Source: Guillardia theta CCMP2712
Taxonomy: Eukaryota > Protista > Cryptophyta
DNA: 64,000 nt
Direction: 5' to 3'
Assembly: GCF_000315625.1 (NCBI RefSeq)
Contig: NW_005434647.1
Location: 229,132-293,131, forward strand
Shown here: positions 11,920 to 24,513 of the stretch, piece after piece
How positions within the stretch are numbered: the stretch's first letter is position 1
Layout: each line of letters opens with the position of its first letter
The notes under the pieces: model-generated
Told to the model about the DNA's origin: nothing
The model's database searches: none
The model's input: the letters and a program-made list of their open reading frames with translations, nothing else
Translations under genes and position numbers: made by a program

Positions 11920-13080
11920 AGTAATAGACTGTACGGCGGCCCCGGCCACGTGTAGCATCATAGAAGTACTGCAAGTTCCGATGTTTGGATCACCGTGACG
12001 GTACGGCGTGGACTCGGGGGGGCGGCCCGGCCCTCCGAGAGGCTCGGAGTGACTGTGACGGTTCATGGTTCAACGAGACGCCGGTACCGTAGTACTGCGG
12101 CGGGCAGGAACTTTCCCAACTGAGTTCCGAACTTCTTTCCGAATTGTTCAATTCATGAGTCACCCCGCGGCCGCGCCGGCCGCCGCCGCCGCCGCCGCCG
12201 GGCGCGGCGTACTACTCAGGTGACGCCCGGGGACGGTCCGATCCGATCCCCAGGGCCCGGCGTTGAAGGCTACTAGCGGCTACTACTCAGTGTTGCCACG
12301 TGACTCTGATTGTCCTCGCACCGACGGTAGTACTGATTTTTAACTTAACTTTGAGTAAAAGGCACCGTGCCTCAGCGAGTGACGGAGCCTCGCGGCGGAA
12401 CCGTTCAGGAACGGTTGACTCGGGCGGCCCCGGAGGCTCACTGACTGCCGTGGCCGAACCGTTCAGTGACTCGTGACTTGAAGCGGAACCCGGCGTAAGT
12501 AGGCTTTTGGCGAGTCAGTTCCGGATAAGCGGCCAACCTGCCTGAGTCACCGACTCGAGAGTCGGCGAGTCGGCCCTAGCCTCCCGAGTCCGACCTCGGA
12601 GTCCGGCCCCCGACCGTCGTACGGGAGTCATTCCATGTGATCGGAGTCTACCGTACGGTGCCACGGTGCGCGGCTCAGCCGCTCGTCGGGCCCGTTGAAG
12701 GCTTGTGACAAGCACTGACCGTCGCCGGACCAGCCCAGGCTACCGTACGGTACCGCCGGCGGGGTCGGCGGCCGGGGGCCGGTGCCGGGCACACGGTCCG
12801 ACCGTCCGATCACAGGGTCCCGACTCGCGACTCCCGATCACTTCGGATTTGTGATTGGACCGCCGCGGCCGTCAACTGTTCGGCCGAGCCAACGTTTGCT
12901 TGGGCCGCCAATACTGATGAGTAAAGAGTCGATGACTGACTCTGTGAGTCGATCAGCCTGGATGCGGCTCAGCGCCGGGCCGGGGCGGCGGCGGCCGCCC
13001 GACTCGAGGCGGCGGCGCCCGGCAGCACTCAGTGCGCAGTCACTCAGGCTCCGGGCCCGGGGCCGGCTACGCCGTTACAG
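11920..13080. repeat. GC-rich palindromic-word mosaic island (intergenic)
   Basis: CCGTACGG at 12651 and 12743. It shares a 29-mer with 3986-4014. Confidence 0.6.
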
Positions 13081-15229
13081 TTTGTGGAGATCTTGCGAGA
13101 TATTGTAACCGTGAAGCACTTTTTAAAACTTAAAAGAGATGTGGTCCTAGCTTGCTCTTTTTACTCGTAGACATTCTAGAACCAGGTCGTAGAAGATTTT
13201 TATAACCCCGAAAAAGGGGTTAAAGGTACCCACCCCCTAGATCTGAGATAGACCCCACCCATGAAATTCGATTAAAGGACCCCTCTGATCACCGGTACCA
13301 AGACTGTACCTATGAAATCACGCACCTGCCTATATGCCAGACTTCGGTACCCCCACCTACATCCGTGCAAGGAGAACTTGAGGCCCCCGCCAACACCACC
13401 CCCACCCTCAAGACAATTCTGCTCTAATTAAGATCACCCCCGCTTACGTCAGCACACTGCAACCAAGTTGAGCACCCCTACCATTGCACCATTGAAACCT
13501 CTGGATACGGGTTCAATTTCATTGAAGCAGACCGGTAGGAAGAGGATTTTGAAGCACCCCACCACGATTTCCAACTCAATAGAATCCGTCGGGGTAGGCG
13601 GATTGCAGGCATCAGAGCTACTGAGGGGTCCTCTTGCTCTTTGATTCATGCTTGCAGCAGCCTATGCTCGATTTTACCCTGGTCTCACTCGATGGAAAGG
13701 TTACCCTTGGTATGCCAGGTTGCAAAAACTGGGATACACGTGAGGGGTGAGGTGGTCTTAATTATCATCTTCGGAGGCCGCAGCAACTACCTGGCCTCCA
13801 AGGGAAGCCCTACCCCCGACACCCCTTTCAAAATGACCTAATGCACCCCACCCTTTCGTTGCGGAACTCTCTACCCCTTTCGATTTCTTCCAGCCCCCCT
13901 TTTCATTAAGGCTTCACAGGATCCCTTGTTCTATTGCCACCCTTCATAATAAATCTCAATTCAAACCATAATCAATTCGGCATCACCCCAAACCATACGG
14001 CTTTGCCCGAGTACTCAGCATCATGGTGTCAGCACTACCCTTTTCTTTTCTTCCAGTACCCCACCCTGATCACCTCACATAGCCCTCCACTTCAGATTCT
14101 CCATCACCCTACCCCTATTTCCCTAATAAGTCTCATGGGTCCGATCATCCCCCATCTCCCCCCCATTTGTGCATTGTCCTACCCTACCTCGTTGTTGCAT
14201 GACACCACCCTACCTTAATCCTCAACACTACGAATTCCAGCACTGAAGTACCCCCACCCTCCCCTTAGAGAAATTCTCAATCCTGTCCGAGCATATGCAT
14301 TCAAGCGCCTTCATTTCAATGTTCTTCGACTAGGAAAATGGAGATGACCTGTGTCCTTTGAATTGATCACTACCCTTTGTGACACAGACCCTTTTTTTGT
14401 ACTACCCCACCCAATGTGACCATCTGGCTCTGGAATTCTACTACCCTACCCTGAGAGATCGTTCAGATGTATAGTACCCCACACCTCAGACACGAATCCG
14501 TTCAGGGACCCGCATAAATCACTGCTACTACCCACCTACATCAGCGATTTCCAGCGTAGAGAAAACACCCCACCCTTACGTCTCCACCTACCCCTACACA
14601 GTGCGACTGCAGGGTGCAAACTTCCCGCGTCGCACATGCGGTGAGGCCATCTCAAGGGCTACTACATGGCCCCGCGCAATGCTGCCCCCTCCCGCGAATA
14701 CCTCATCCTCGCTTCTCTTCCTTCGTCTCTTTGCGCTAAGATTCCGTTTTTGAAGTGTTTCCTCTCTGAATTATCTCTGACTGGACTTTTGGTTTGCCAG
14801 TTTTCGCTCCCTTTTGTGGACCGCAGCTGCCTCGTAGTAGATCAGTGATCCGCCGCTTCACCTTGTGCTCCTCCAATCAAACTGAAGAGCATTGGAGTCC
14901 GATACAGTCTTCCTTTTGAATATTGATCTTGGCCCCCTCGCCTTCGTTCCACGTGGCAAGCCCGTAGCTCGCACTCTTGCGGCCCCCCAACCCGTGCGAC
15001 AAGAAACGTAAGTGGAGGCGCGCACATTTCATGGTTGTGGTTGTCCATAGTCGTGTGACCAGTCTCGCATCTTTCGCTGACAATGTATCCCTCTCGTCTC
15101 CCCGTTTTTGTCGAGATGACCTGTGCTTGCCTGGTGATGACGTGTTCCTACAGGCAGACTTGAAACCTCGAAGGTTGTCCTCCTTTCACCCGCCCTCCTT
15201 CGCTGGCCCAGGTTGTTGTTACCGCTGCA

Positions 15230-15959
15230 ATGACACGACCTGGGCCAGCAGAAGAGACACCGTCACGCCTCCGTGAATCCTCAAGAAGGGTGAGGAGTTC
15301 CTCTTTGAAAACGCGGCAGTCCTTCTGATGCTGTATTATAGGTTAGCCGGGGTTCGCCGAACAAAAACCTCCCAGTCAAAGCCAAGGCAGAATATGCCAG
15401 CAAGAATTTGTTGATGTCAACAGAAGAGGATCGTACAAGCAATGCGTCCACTGCGGACAAGCATGACTCCGACTTCTCTTCTGGTGGCAGCCAGCACAGT
15501 GACGGGGAAATGCCTCGAGGCGATTACCGTGGGGATGAGATAGACGCAGCTTCCTCGTTAGCCACCATAATACTCGCAGGAAATGGGAGCAAGAAGCGAG
15601 GCAGCTCTTCCATCATGTTTTCACCTAAGGATAGTCAGCACGACTCAGACGCTGATCCAGTCTCGGTCAAGAAACAGCGCCGCAGGGAGAAGAACCGTGC
15701 TTCAGCTCAGCAATCCAGGCAGCGCAAGAAACATCATCTTGAGACCCTGGAGTGTCGAGTCGATGTTCTTGAACAGGAGAAGGCTGCTCTTGCTTTGAGG
15801 CTTGAAAGCCTGTTGGCAGAGAATAAGAAACTTCGCGGTCAGTTGGCTTTAGCAACTGACAGCGACCCCGATGTTTGCGACATCGACGAATCAATTGGAG
15901 CTGGACTGCTTGCCCAACTTGCGCAGACTGCTCATGCAATGATCCGTGATGAAAAGTAA
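15230..15959 (+). CDS. bZIP transcription factor (exons about 15230-15289 and 15342-15959)
   Basis: Basic region KKQRRREKNRASAQQSRQRKK is followed by a leucine heptad repeat. The upstream exon joins in phase 0. Confidence 0.9.
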
Positions 15960-16422
15960 TCGACGAACCAGAAGTGATTTTTCTGTTCGTAGTTCATGGT
16001 TCAGTCGCACGTGATCTTACTGAAGGACTCAGGAGGTTTGATCTGAAATTCGATGAGCTTTTTCATCAATCAGGGTCAAGTCCTCAAGAAGATTCTTTTG
16101 AAACATTTATCTGTAGCTCTCAGGAAAGAAATATACGTTGTGTACATAGCAATCTTTAAAAACAAAGAAAAAATTAAATAAAGAAAAAAAGTTCAATTTT
16201 TTAGAGGGACAGTGACCGATTTCACATCTTCCTGTATGCTCGGAACGTGGGCTGGGCGAGTCATTGGTTTCATGTTTATTATTCTTCAACGATGAAAATA
16301 CTCCCGTTGAACACTTGTAATGCCACAGAATGTGTTCGACGGAAAGCTTCCTCTATCGTTTTCTGCTTCATCAAAGCCTCGCTGTGAGTTGTTGGATTTC
16401 TATTTCATCTACACATCTTGAC

Positions 16423-17100
16423 TCAATGTCTTTCCCAAGGCCAGTGCCCAGTTCGATCCCATATATGAAAGACAACTATCGCACTTGTTGCGACTGAGAT
16501 GGCAAACATCAAGACAGATGCCTTTGCTAGAATTCTAACATTCCTGCTCGGGCTGTCGATGTAGCAACACCCCAGGAGCCATATCATTGGCATGGAGAAA
16601 CCCAAAGCAAACACAATGAGCGGGCAGCACATGCTCTCTTGAGGTTGGGCGTGGTTCGGAAAGAGATGTCGATGGCTGTGGACATGGACAATCACATTCC
16701 CTTCCTGGTTGCTTCTGTTTTGAATCCTGTGAGCCAGCAAACAATAAGATCTTCGTCGAAACAATATGATATCATGATGGCAGAATTCAAAATAATGGAG
16801 ACGTAACATCAGGAAACAACACTTACATGCTTTCACGCAAGTCTTCCGGCGCAGCAAAGGTGTGATGGATGGTTGTTGCCTGCTTTGTCGTGTACTGGAC
16901 ATTGACGGCAGGAGTGGGCTGAACTGTTCCAGCATCAGGGTTGAATGGAGGTGGGCGTCCATGTGCTGCTCCAGGAAGGTCAGGGCAGTTGGACAAGCCT
17001 CAACTTCTTGCAACAATGGGGTCTTCATTTGTTCCTGAGCGAAGCAGCAGTCAGGTCGGTTTTGGGATATCACATTCAGGGCAAATCCTGTAAGATATCG
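16423..17100 (-). CDS. Hypothetical membrane protein (Pro-rich N-part, two C-terminal hydrophobic segments)
   Basis: Spliced reading gives ..GRPPPFNPDAG..|MIQNRSNQEG..CCPLIVFALGFSMPMIWLLGCCY..NVRILAKASVLMFAISVATSAIVVFHIW. The 5' end is uncertain. Confidence 0.5.
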   Translation of the reverse strand, partial: RYLTGFALNVISQNRPDCCFAQEQMKTPLLQEVEACPTALTFLEQHMDAHLHSTLMLEQFSPLLPSMSSTRQSRQQPSITPLLRRKTCVKACKCCFLMLRLHYFEFCHHDIILFRRRSYCLLAHRIQNRSNQEGNVIVHVHSHRHLFPNHAQPQESMCCPLIVFALGFSMPMIWLLGCCYIDSPSRNVRILAKASVLMFAISVATSAIVVFHIWDRTGHWPWERH

Positions 17101-17573
17101 ATAAATGCCATTATGGAATCTTCTCATACGGAGAATAATGCATCTGCTTCTAACCCCATTCTTTTCTACCGAGCAGCAAACATGTTTCACTCGTATCAAC
17201 GTGTTTTCTATGAGCCACAAACAGGCAGGCGCACATGTGCGCCTGGATAGATCGCAAAAGCTTCGCACTGAAGCATGCCCACAACTACTCTTCGTCTCTG
17301 CCCTCTTTCCCCATCTTTCCAGTCATCGTCATTGCACGCATGACCGGGGCGCATTTGACCAGGTTCCCTCTTGATAATGAGTACCCCTACCCGTCATTTA
17401 TTCTTTATTTTCAGCATTAAAGGACCCGTACGATTCCAACCCCACCCTGGTATTTTTTTTAAAACCTTTTGAGTTAAAACAACAAGACCAGGCCCGCACC
17501 GGCGCACGAAGATGAATAATTCACGAGGCGGGCCTGGTACCAATCATCGTTCAGTTTCAAACATGGCGAGAGG

Positions 17574-19611
17574 GTGGAGGGCAACGAGAGAGGCGATGGT
17601 GATGGGGAGGATGCGGCAGAGCAGCCGAATGGTACTGGAAGGCATGGAGAAGACAATGTAGATGAACATTACCTGTTGTTGATGAGCATGTTGGGCAAGA
17701 AAGACTTTCTCCGGCAGGGAGGAGGGAGACTTGGGTCTTCCTACTCAAGGAAGGTTGAGATCAGTGCTAGCACGCAAGGAAGCAGTGTGAAAGGACGGCC
17801 AACAAACAGGACATTAAAACTTACACATTCGAAGACAAGAGAAGACTGCGACGACTATGACGAGGAGGAGGAGGAGGAGGAGGAAGCCGGTTCAATCAAC
17901 GGAGATGATACTCTGTATGATCAGGACGACATATACCCGAGAGTGTCCTACGCCTCTATGTATCTCAAGAAGGGTGATAGGAAAGTAATGCAGAGGGGAC
18001 GGCAGAAACAGCAAGAGAGACAGGACTCATTGGAGTCGTGCAGGACTGTGGATGCAAGCTATGCATCCTGCCCAGAGGGGAAAAGGATGTCGGACTTACA
18101 GAGGCCAGTCCTGCTCGCCAAGGGGAAGAACCTTGGAAGTCCAGTGAGACCAGTGATGTCAGTGGAGCAGATCCGCTCCCCCTCCTCCCGTGGTGTGATC
18201 GAGGAGAAGCAGAGAGCCCTAGAGAACACGCGAGACCTGGGCGACCACAGCAAAATTGAAGCCTCTGCCATCGACTTCTCTCCCCTCCTCCAGGTGTGGA
18301 GGGAGCAGGAGGAGGAGACGATGGAGGGGATGACTCTGTCGTCAGGCGATCCAAGGGCAGCTCGCGTCATCCACACAAGAGAACATCGTGCTCAAGGAGC
18401 AGGTGGAGACGCTCAGGACCCAGCTGGAGCAGCTGGAGCAGAACTACGAGATGAAGTGACGCTGCTGCGGGGGGCTGTTTGCCATGCTCACGTAGTCTGT
18501 GTGGCAGGTTGGCGGCGGCGGAAGCGCGGATAGAGAATGAGAAGGGGAAGGAGATGGAGAAAGTGATTCAGAGGATGAGGATTCGTGACAGACAGAGCGA
18601 TGCGATCAACAAGCACAAGGGAGTCGAGAAGCTCAAGAAGGAGGTCGAGTACCTGACGGTGTGGCCTGTGCAGCCATGCCGTATCGTGTCTGACATGTGT
18701 GCCAGGGCGAGCTGAGGAAACAGAAGCAAGAAGCGTACGCGAGAGAATCTGTCCTGAACATGAACATCGACAAGTTGAGGAGGGCGGTTGATAGACTTCA
18801 GGTCTGACAGGATCGTTGGGACGCTTGCATACTGACGGTGCGCAGGAGGAGAACGAAGAGCTCAAGTCGAAAATGGCGACAGGGGATGAGCCGATTCTGC
18901 TGGACGGCAGGATGCGGCGCAGGGAGCAGGAGCACGATGTTCGACAACATGCCCACTCCTTGTCCTCCTCGACCCAAAATCCGCAGGCAACAGCGGGGAA
19001 GGTGAGGAAATCGACGCCGCCCAACATGTCTATCTCCTCATCAGAGCAGAGGGGCACAGAGAGCATGCTGGAAGCGCAAGCGAAACTCAACGAGCTGGTG
19101 ATGGAGGGCGAGGAGGAGAGAGGACAGGAGGCGTCCAATCGGGACGTGAACTCCATCACCTACCGCAATGGCAGTGTGAAAGATTTTCTGCCCGATGGGA
19201 GGAGGATCACCAAGTTTCCCAACGGAGACATCAAGGAAGATTGTCCTGACGGGAGCTCAACTTACTTTTACCGGTGAGATGACTTGATTACCCCGCCCAT
19301 TCTCAACTCTATTCCCTCCCTCCCTCCATCTCTCCCTACCTCGCTCCCTACCTCCCTACCTCCTTGCAGTTACCTGTACTTCTTTGACCAATCAGGTTCT
19401 CCTCTCACTGACCCCTCCCTCCTCTCACTGCAGGGACGCAAACACAACTCACATCACCTACAAGGACGGTACCCAGCTCATTCACTTCCCCAACAACCAG
19501 ATGGAGCGACACTTTCCCGACGGCTCGCGCGAAGTTGTCTTCCCAGACAAGACAAGATGCCGTTTTGCTCCCGATGGGACCAAGACAGTGACGTATGGCA
19601 AGGGAGAGTAG
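17574..19611 (+). CDS. SAS-4/CENPJ/TCP10-like centriolar protein (coiled coil plus C-terminal TCP/G-box domain), multi-exon
   Basis: Repeated beta-hairpin motifs YRNGSVKDFLPDG, FPNGDIKEDCPDG, TTHITYKDG, FPNNQMERHFPDGSREVVFPD, with coiled-coil exons upstream. The start is uncertain. Confidence 0.8.
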
Positions 19612-19831
19612 ACCACATTGGGTGACTGATGTTCTCTCTCATATTCATAACATCATAGCGGATATTGGGTAGCAACGTGAAAGGCTGGTCAGGCTTCCGC
19701 GCATTTGATAGAGTTTTTCTTGTTTAATCTAATATAACCAAAAGGAAGCAAATCTCTCAAGCAACTGTACAAACGATGGATAATGTCGGGCATCAGCAGT
19801 TCTGGTCTTCCACCAACAACACAAATTGGCA

Positions 19832-20877
19832 TCAATTGCCGTTGGCGTTCTCCTCCTCCTCCTCCTCCCGCCTCTCAGCCTCCTGCTCCTGCTCCTGAGC
19901 AATCGCATCCTCCTCAGACGGGATGCTCGACACGAAGCACCATCGGTTGCACTCTTCCAGCATCGTCCTGTCCCTCGTGCCCAGCTGCCCCTTCATGATG
20001 TCGTTGAACGTCTTGCAGAACATCTCGTACTCAGTCCCAAAGTCATTCCTGTACTTTACCACGTTGGACGCCAAGTGCTGGTGGGTGCTGCAGTGCAGGA
20101 TAGCAAGAGGGGCGTTGGTAGGAACCGCCTGACCCTCCATCTCCATCTTGAACTGGGGGTCCAGGTACTGGATCTCCCACACGGACGACCATCCTCCGTT
20201 GAGGCTCATGGCCACCTCCTGGTTCCGCGTGTACCTTGAGTAGGACGTGGGAGTCTTGGGGTAGGACGTTAGGAAGGCGTTCTCCCCCCCGGTGATGAGC
20301 GGGTTGCACTTGATCTGGATCTTCTGCCCGAAATGCACTATGTCGTCCTGGAAGTCGAACATCGCGTCCTTCTTGTCTCCCCTCCCCTCCCACCTGCACA
20401 TCTTCCATCACTTCCTCTCCTCCTGCCCGCACGCACCAGCTCCCCCTCACCTCTTGATCTCGAACGTGTTCCTTGCACATGGCTCAGTGTACCACGTGGA
20501 GGTCGTGGCGAAAGATTCGTCGGAGAGATTCTCCTGGGGGTCGCATGCCAGGCACCCGTCGGTCGCCTGGTTGAAGAGCATGATGACGTCACCGAAGTGA
20601 ACGTAGCCATCATTCGCCTTGGGCTTTAGCTCAACTGGCTGCAGCGCATGCGCGAACCGCTGCTCTGCCTGTGTGCTTTTCAGCTCCCCCCTGTCCTTCT
20701 TCAACAGGAAATTCTTCAATCTGGCCTGCAAGAGGTCTATGAGTCCTTGAAACAATGTTATCCTCCCTCTCTCCATACCGCTTCAAGCTCCATGTCTTCG
20801 CTCCAGTTCCCGATCTTCACCCTGGCATTGTACCCCTTGTACCCCTCCATCTGCTGCCTTGTGTATAGGAATTCCAT
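19832..20877 (-). CDS. CFAP161: Cilia- and flagella-associated protein 161; exons 20877-20779, 20725-20451, 20393-19832
   Basis: Motifs: YNARVKIGNWSED, DGYVHFGDVIML, PCARNTF, VHFGQK, LDPQFKMEMEGQAVPTNAPLAILHCSTHQHL, NDFGTEYEM, NRWCF. Splice phases are consistent. Confidence 0.88.
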
Positions 20878-22464
20878 CTTGGTGTTGCTGGAAAAACAAC
20901 CGTTAAGCAAATCTTGTGGTCACAAGAATGTAGATATTTTCTAATTGTCGTGTTTGGGAAGGGCGCTGGTTGTTAGCTACTCTTTCATTTTCCCCGTTGA
21001 GAAATCTCATGCCTATGGGAACAAGCAAGCCAAGTAAAAGAGTCACATCTGCTCCACTCATTGACACAATTGCCTATCTTCTTCGATTATCGCAGATGGC
21101 TATGCGCAAGTCTATCTGCAACCACCAACCTTTCATGCACCAGATTACTCCGGTCTAACTTTCGAAAGCATCCACAGGCTAATCTAATTATTCTCCCTCG
21201 ATTGTTCTAAGAGCATCTCAACTTCGGCACACCAGCTCTCTTGCTTCAGGGTCAATGTTCACTTGTCACTGCACCGCCCTGCATGACTTCATTCATCTTC
21301 TTGTACTTCTCCTTCGCGCATTTGCTCGCCCTCTGCACCATTCTCGCTTCAGTTGAATCAAACGCTGACCACCCCCCACCCCCTTGGATCTCAAACGATC
21401 TGGACGGCACCCCCCTCGATTCCACAAAACTAGCCTTGGAAGTACCGGTTCATCCGCTGGACAAGCCTTTTAGAAGTTCATGGCTCTAATAAGGGATCAT
21501 GTAACGTATTACCAACGTACTTCTGTAACGGCAATGCCGGTTGGTTTGTAACGTTTAGTCCAACGGTTGTAGTTTCGAAGTGCATCGTAGGTTATGTGGC
21601 TGATAGCTTCCAGAAGGGGTGATTTGACGATTGATTCCAGGGGTACTTGAGGATGGGGTACTGTTTTTTTTTCTTGGTGGCATTTCGAAAGATCCAAATT
21701 GTGGTAGGGGTAGTGAAATTACACGGGTAGTATCATATAATTTGAGTATTTTTCGGGGTATTGTCATATACATGCCCATTTTGAGTAGTGATTGAGATAT
21801 CATATTCGATAGGTTGTACCATCATGACTCTCCATTTGACCAATACGGGGGTAGGGTACTTTTTATGAGGGTGGGGGTGATAAAGTTTGTGCCAGCGGCT
21901 TTCCGCCAGGTGGCGCCAGTCGCGTCAGGGGGCGCGGGTCCAGAAGGGTAAAGTTTTTGTCGACAAGGGTATTATGAAATCTTTGGGTGGTGAATTACTG
22001 ACTAAACTTTGTAGTTAAAATTTGAAATTATATATATAAATTATTTACTTAACTATTATTTTGTATAATAGCGGTTACAGCTGATGGCAGGCTCCATGAA
22101 TTCGTCTAGAAAGCATACCCCCCCAGGCAGCCCCCACCCCTTCTTCCAAATCGTGTGCCCTCCCGTTCGAGAGGGCTCTTCCTCCTTCTCCGCTCCCTCT
22201 GCTCCTCCTCAGACAACCTCATCCTCGTCCCACAAGCTCATCTCTGCCGTCTCCAGCCCCCTGTCACAAGTGGATCGTTGAAAGGCGCCTGATACCGCCT
22301 CCATGCACTCGCGAGCTCGTGCTGGCCTCCTGAGGACATTTGGCTGAGTGAGGATTCCTTGTCTCTTCCGCGCCAACAGTCTACTGCTTGAGGCACTAGG
22401 TAGAGCTATAGCCGTAGCACGAGAAGTTGTGTTTCCTTTCTGCTGCTTGCCTCTCGGCATTGGG

Positions 22465-24397
22465 ATGGAGGGAACTACAGGGGATTGCACATCCATCCAT
22501 ATCAAGAGGAGTAGCGTGGCTCGCAGCTCGCAGCTGAGACCTCGAGCACAAACCAACAGTCAGAGAGACAATTCGGCATCAGGGGACTGCGAACGCCCTC
22601 TCGAGCGACTGAAGGGAGGTAGGTTGACGTGCAGCAAGAGGGTCTTTTGGCTGGCTCAGCTCAATGGTGAACTGCTGGTCCAAACTTTCTTGACCCTCAG
22701 TCCACGAGAGGCATCCCGCGCCTCGCAGGTGTGTCGATCATGGCAGCAGACTGTCAGAATGAGTTGTCGGCTGACGTCGCGTTTGGAACTCGGGCAATAC
22801 GATTGCCCCTGGAGGAGGAAGAACCTGGGTAGTCTTTTCAAGAGGTATTGCTCACTTGAAGAGCTTCACTTCTGCACCGAATTTCTCTTGCCCCTCGAAG
22901 CTGTGCAGGCGATCTCGAAGGCTTTTTCTCAGAGCCTTAGATCCTTCACTGGATTCCTCATCTCGAATTGTGTGGAGGGAAAGCAAGTGGCGATAAGTGA
23001 GCTTGCTAAGATCTCAACGCTCGAGTCTCTCACCCTGGAGGGTACACTGATATCGGGGCACAGTCTCGTCGAACTGGCAGACAATTGCCCAAACCTGAGG
23101 AGCGTCTGCTGCCACGAGATACTAGCAACACACTCTCAACTCGCCTACTTATGGGATCGTTGCCCAAACTTGTCGTCTCTGAGTGGAGTGAATTTGTCTG
23201 TTCACAACGAACTCGACGGAGTAGCCAGGGAGCCTGCTAGTCTGATTCTTTCCCAGCTTTCCAGTTTGAATTCGTTGGGACTTAATCTTTTCACAGAATA
23301 TGTACGTGTCACAGACTGCATCGCTAGCATTGATCGTTTCGCAGGATCCACAGATTCTGGACTGCATCTCCAAACTGTCCTTTTCCAACTTGACGTCATT
23401 GAGGCTGCGCGCCTGCACCTTTCCTACTGAAGGAGTCTTGAATCTCTTCACACACTGCACCAGGTCAGCTTCTCTCCATCTTGTGCAGGGCCGGCTCCTG
23501 CTCACCATCCATCACAGATTGGAATCTCTAAGTCTTGTCGCATCCGAAATTCCTGGTTGTGCAGATGAAGTGTTTCGGAATTTAAGCTCGAGTCATTTGC
23601 CTTGTTTAAAGAGCTTGGATCTAGACGAGGACCAAGTACATTTTTTTTCTGAGTTGTTTTTCCCCCTGATTTCAAACAGATATCAGATCGTGGCTTGGCA
23701 GCCCTTGCTCGTCACCCAGTAGCCATGCATTTGACCGCCCTGGAATGTCTCGACTTGAAAAACGCTTCAAGAAGCACGTTCTTTGCGTTGATGGGTTCAC
23801 TTTCCAGCTTGAGCAGGCTGAGGGTCGGAGTAGCAAGGAACACTCCGTGGTTGCAAGGACCCAGCAAGGATTGCCTGATGCTGCCCAATGGCAGCTGTGG
23901 CGAATTCCTGGACGTCTCTAAACGGACTGCGTTTGACTCAGTTGACAACCTGGCTGTTTGCTGGTGCGACGACTTTGGGCTGACTGAGGTCGAAGAGATT
24001 CAACCTCGATGTAAGTACGTGCGTATAGGACAACTCGGCGAGTGGCCCAACCTGTCGCACTTGGAGTTGTGTGACTGGCCAGCCCTGTCGTCCATGGACG
24101 CGGCTATCTTTGCCTCAAGATCTCGGAAGATCAAGCGTTTCACGCTGTCGCTGCCACACGAGCTATCAAGTAACAGAGCTGTTTTTTTTGTGGCTGCATC
24201 ACTGACCAACCGGTTTGACAGGTGACACAATCCGAGTCATTGCCAAAAACTGCAGGGATCTGGAGATGTTCCGGCTGTTCATGTTTTCGGACTCAATGTC
24301 CCTCACTGGAGTTAACGGCAAACGTTGGCAGCAGAGCATCAAGAAGATTTTTTCGAGGTGGCTCCCTTTCTGCCAGTGCTCTATCCATGTTCATTGA
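22465..24397 (+). CDS. F-box/LRR-repeat protein, multi-exon
   Basis: F-box-like LAQLNGELLVQTFLTLSPREASRASQVCRSWQQ is followed by CPNLRSV/CPNLSSL, LESLTLEG and CRDLEMF leucine-rich repeats. Confidence 0.8.
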
Positions 24398-24513
24398 TGC
24401 CACCGACTCCATTGTACATGTACAATTTATTCTTTCCTGCCCCTTGAAGGAGGGGTTGCCTTCTTGTGACAATGTCTTTAATTAAAGAAAGTTGAGGTCT
24501 TGCGCTAGGATAG

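Noticed and set aside
15230-15959. Aureochrome-type photoreceptor
   Set aside because: No LOV domain (GxNCRFLQ) follows the bZIP before the stop.
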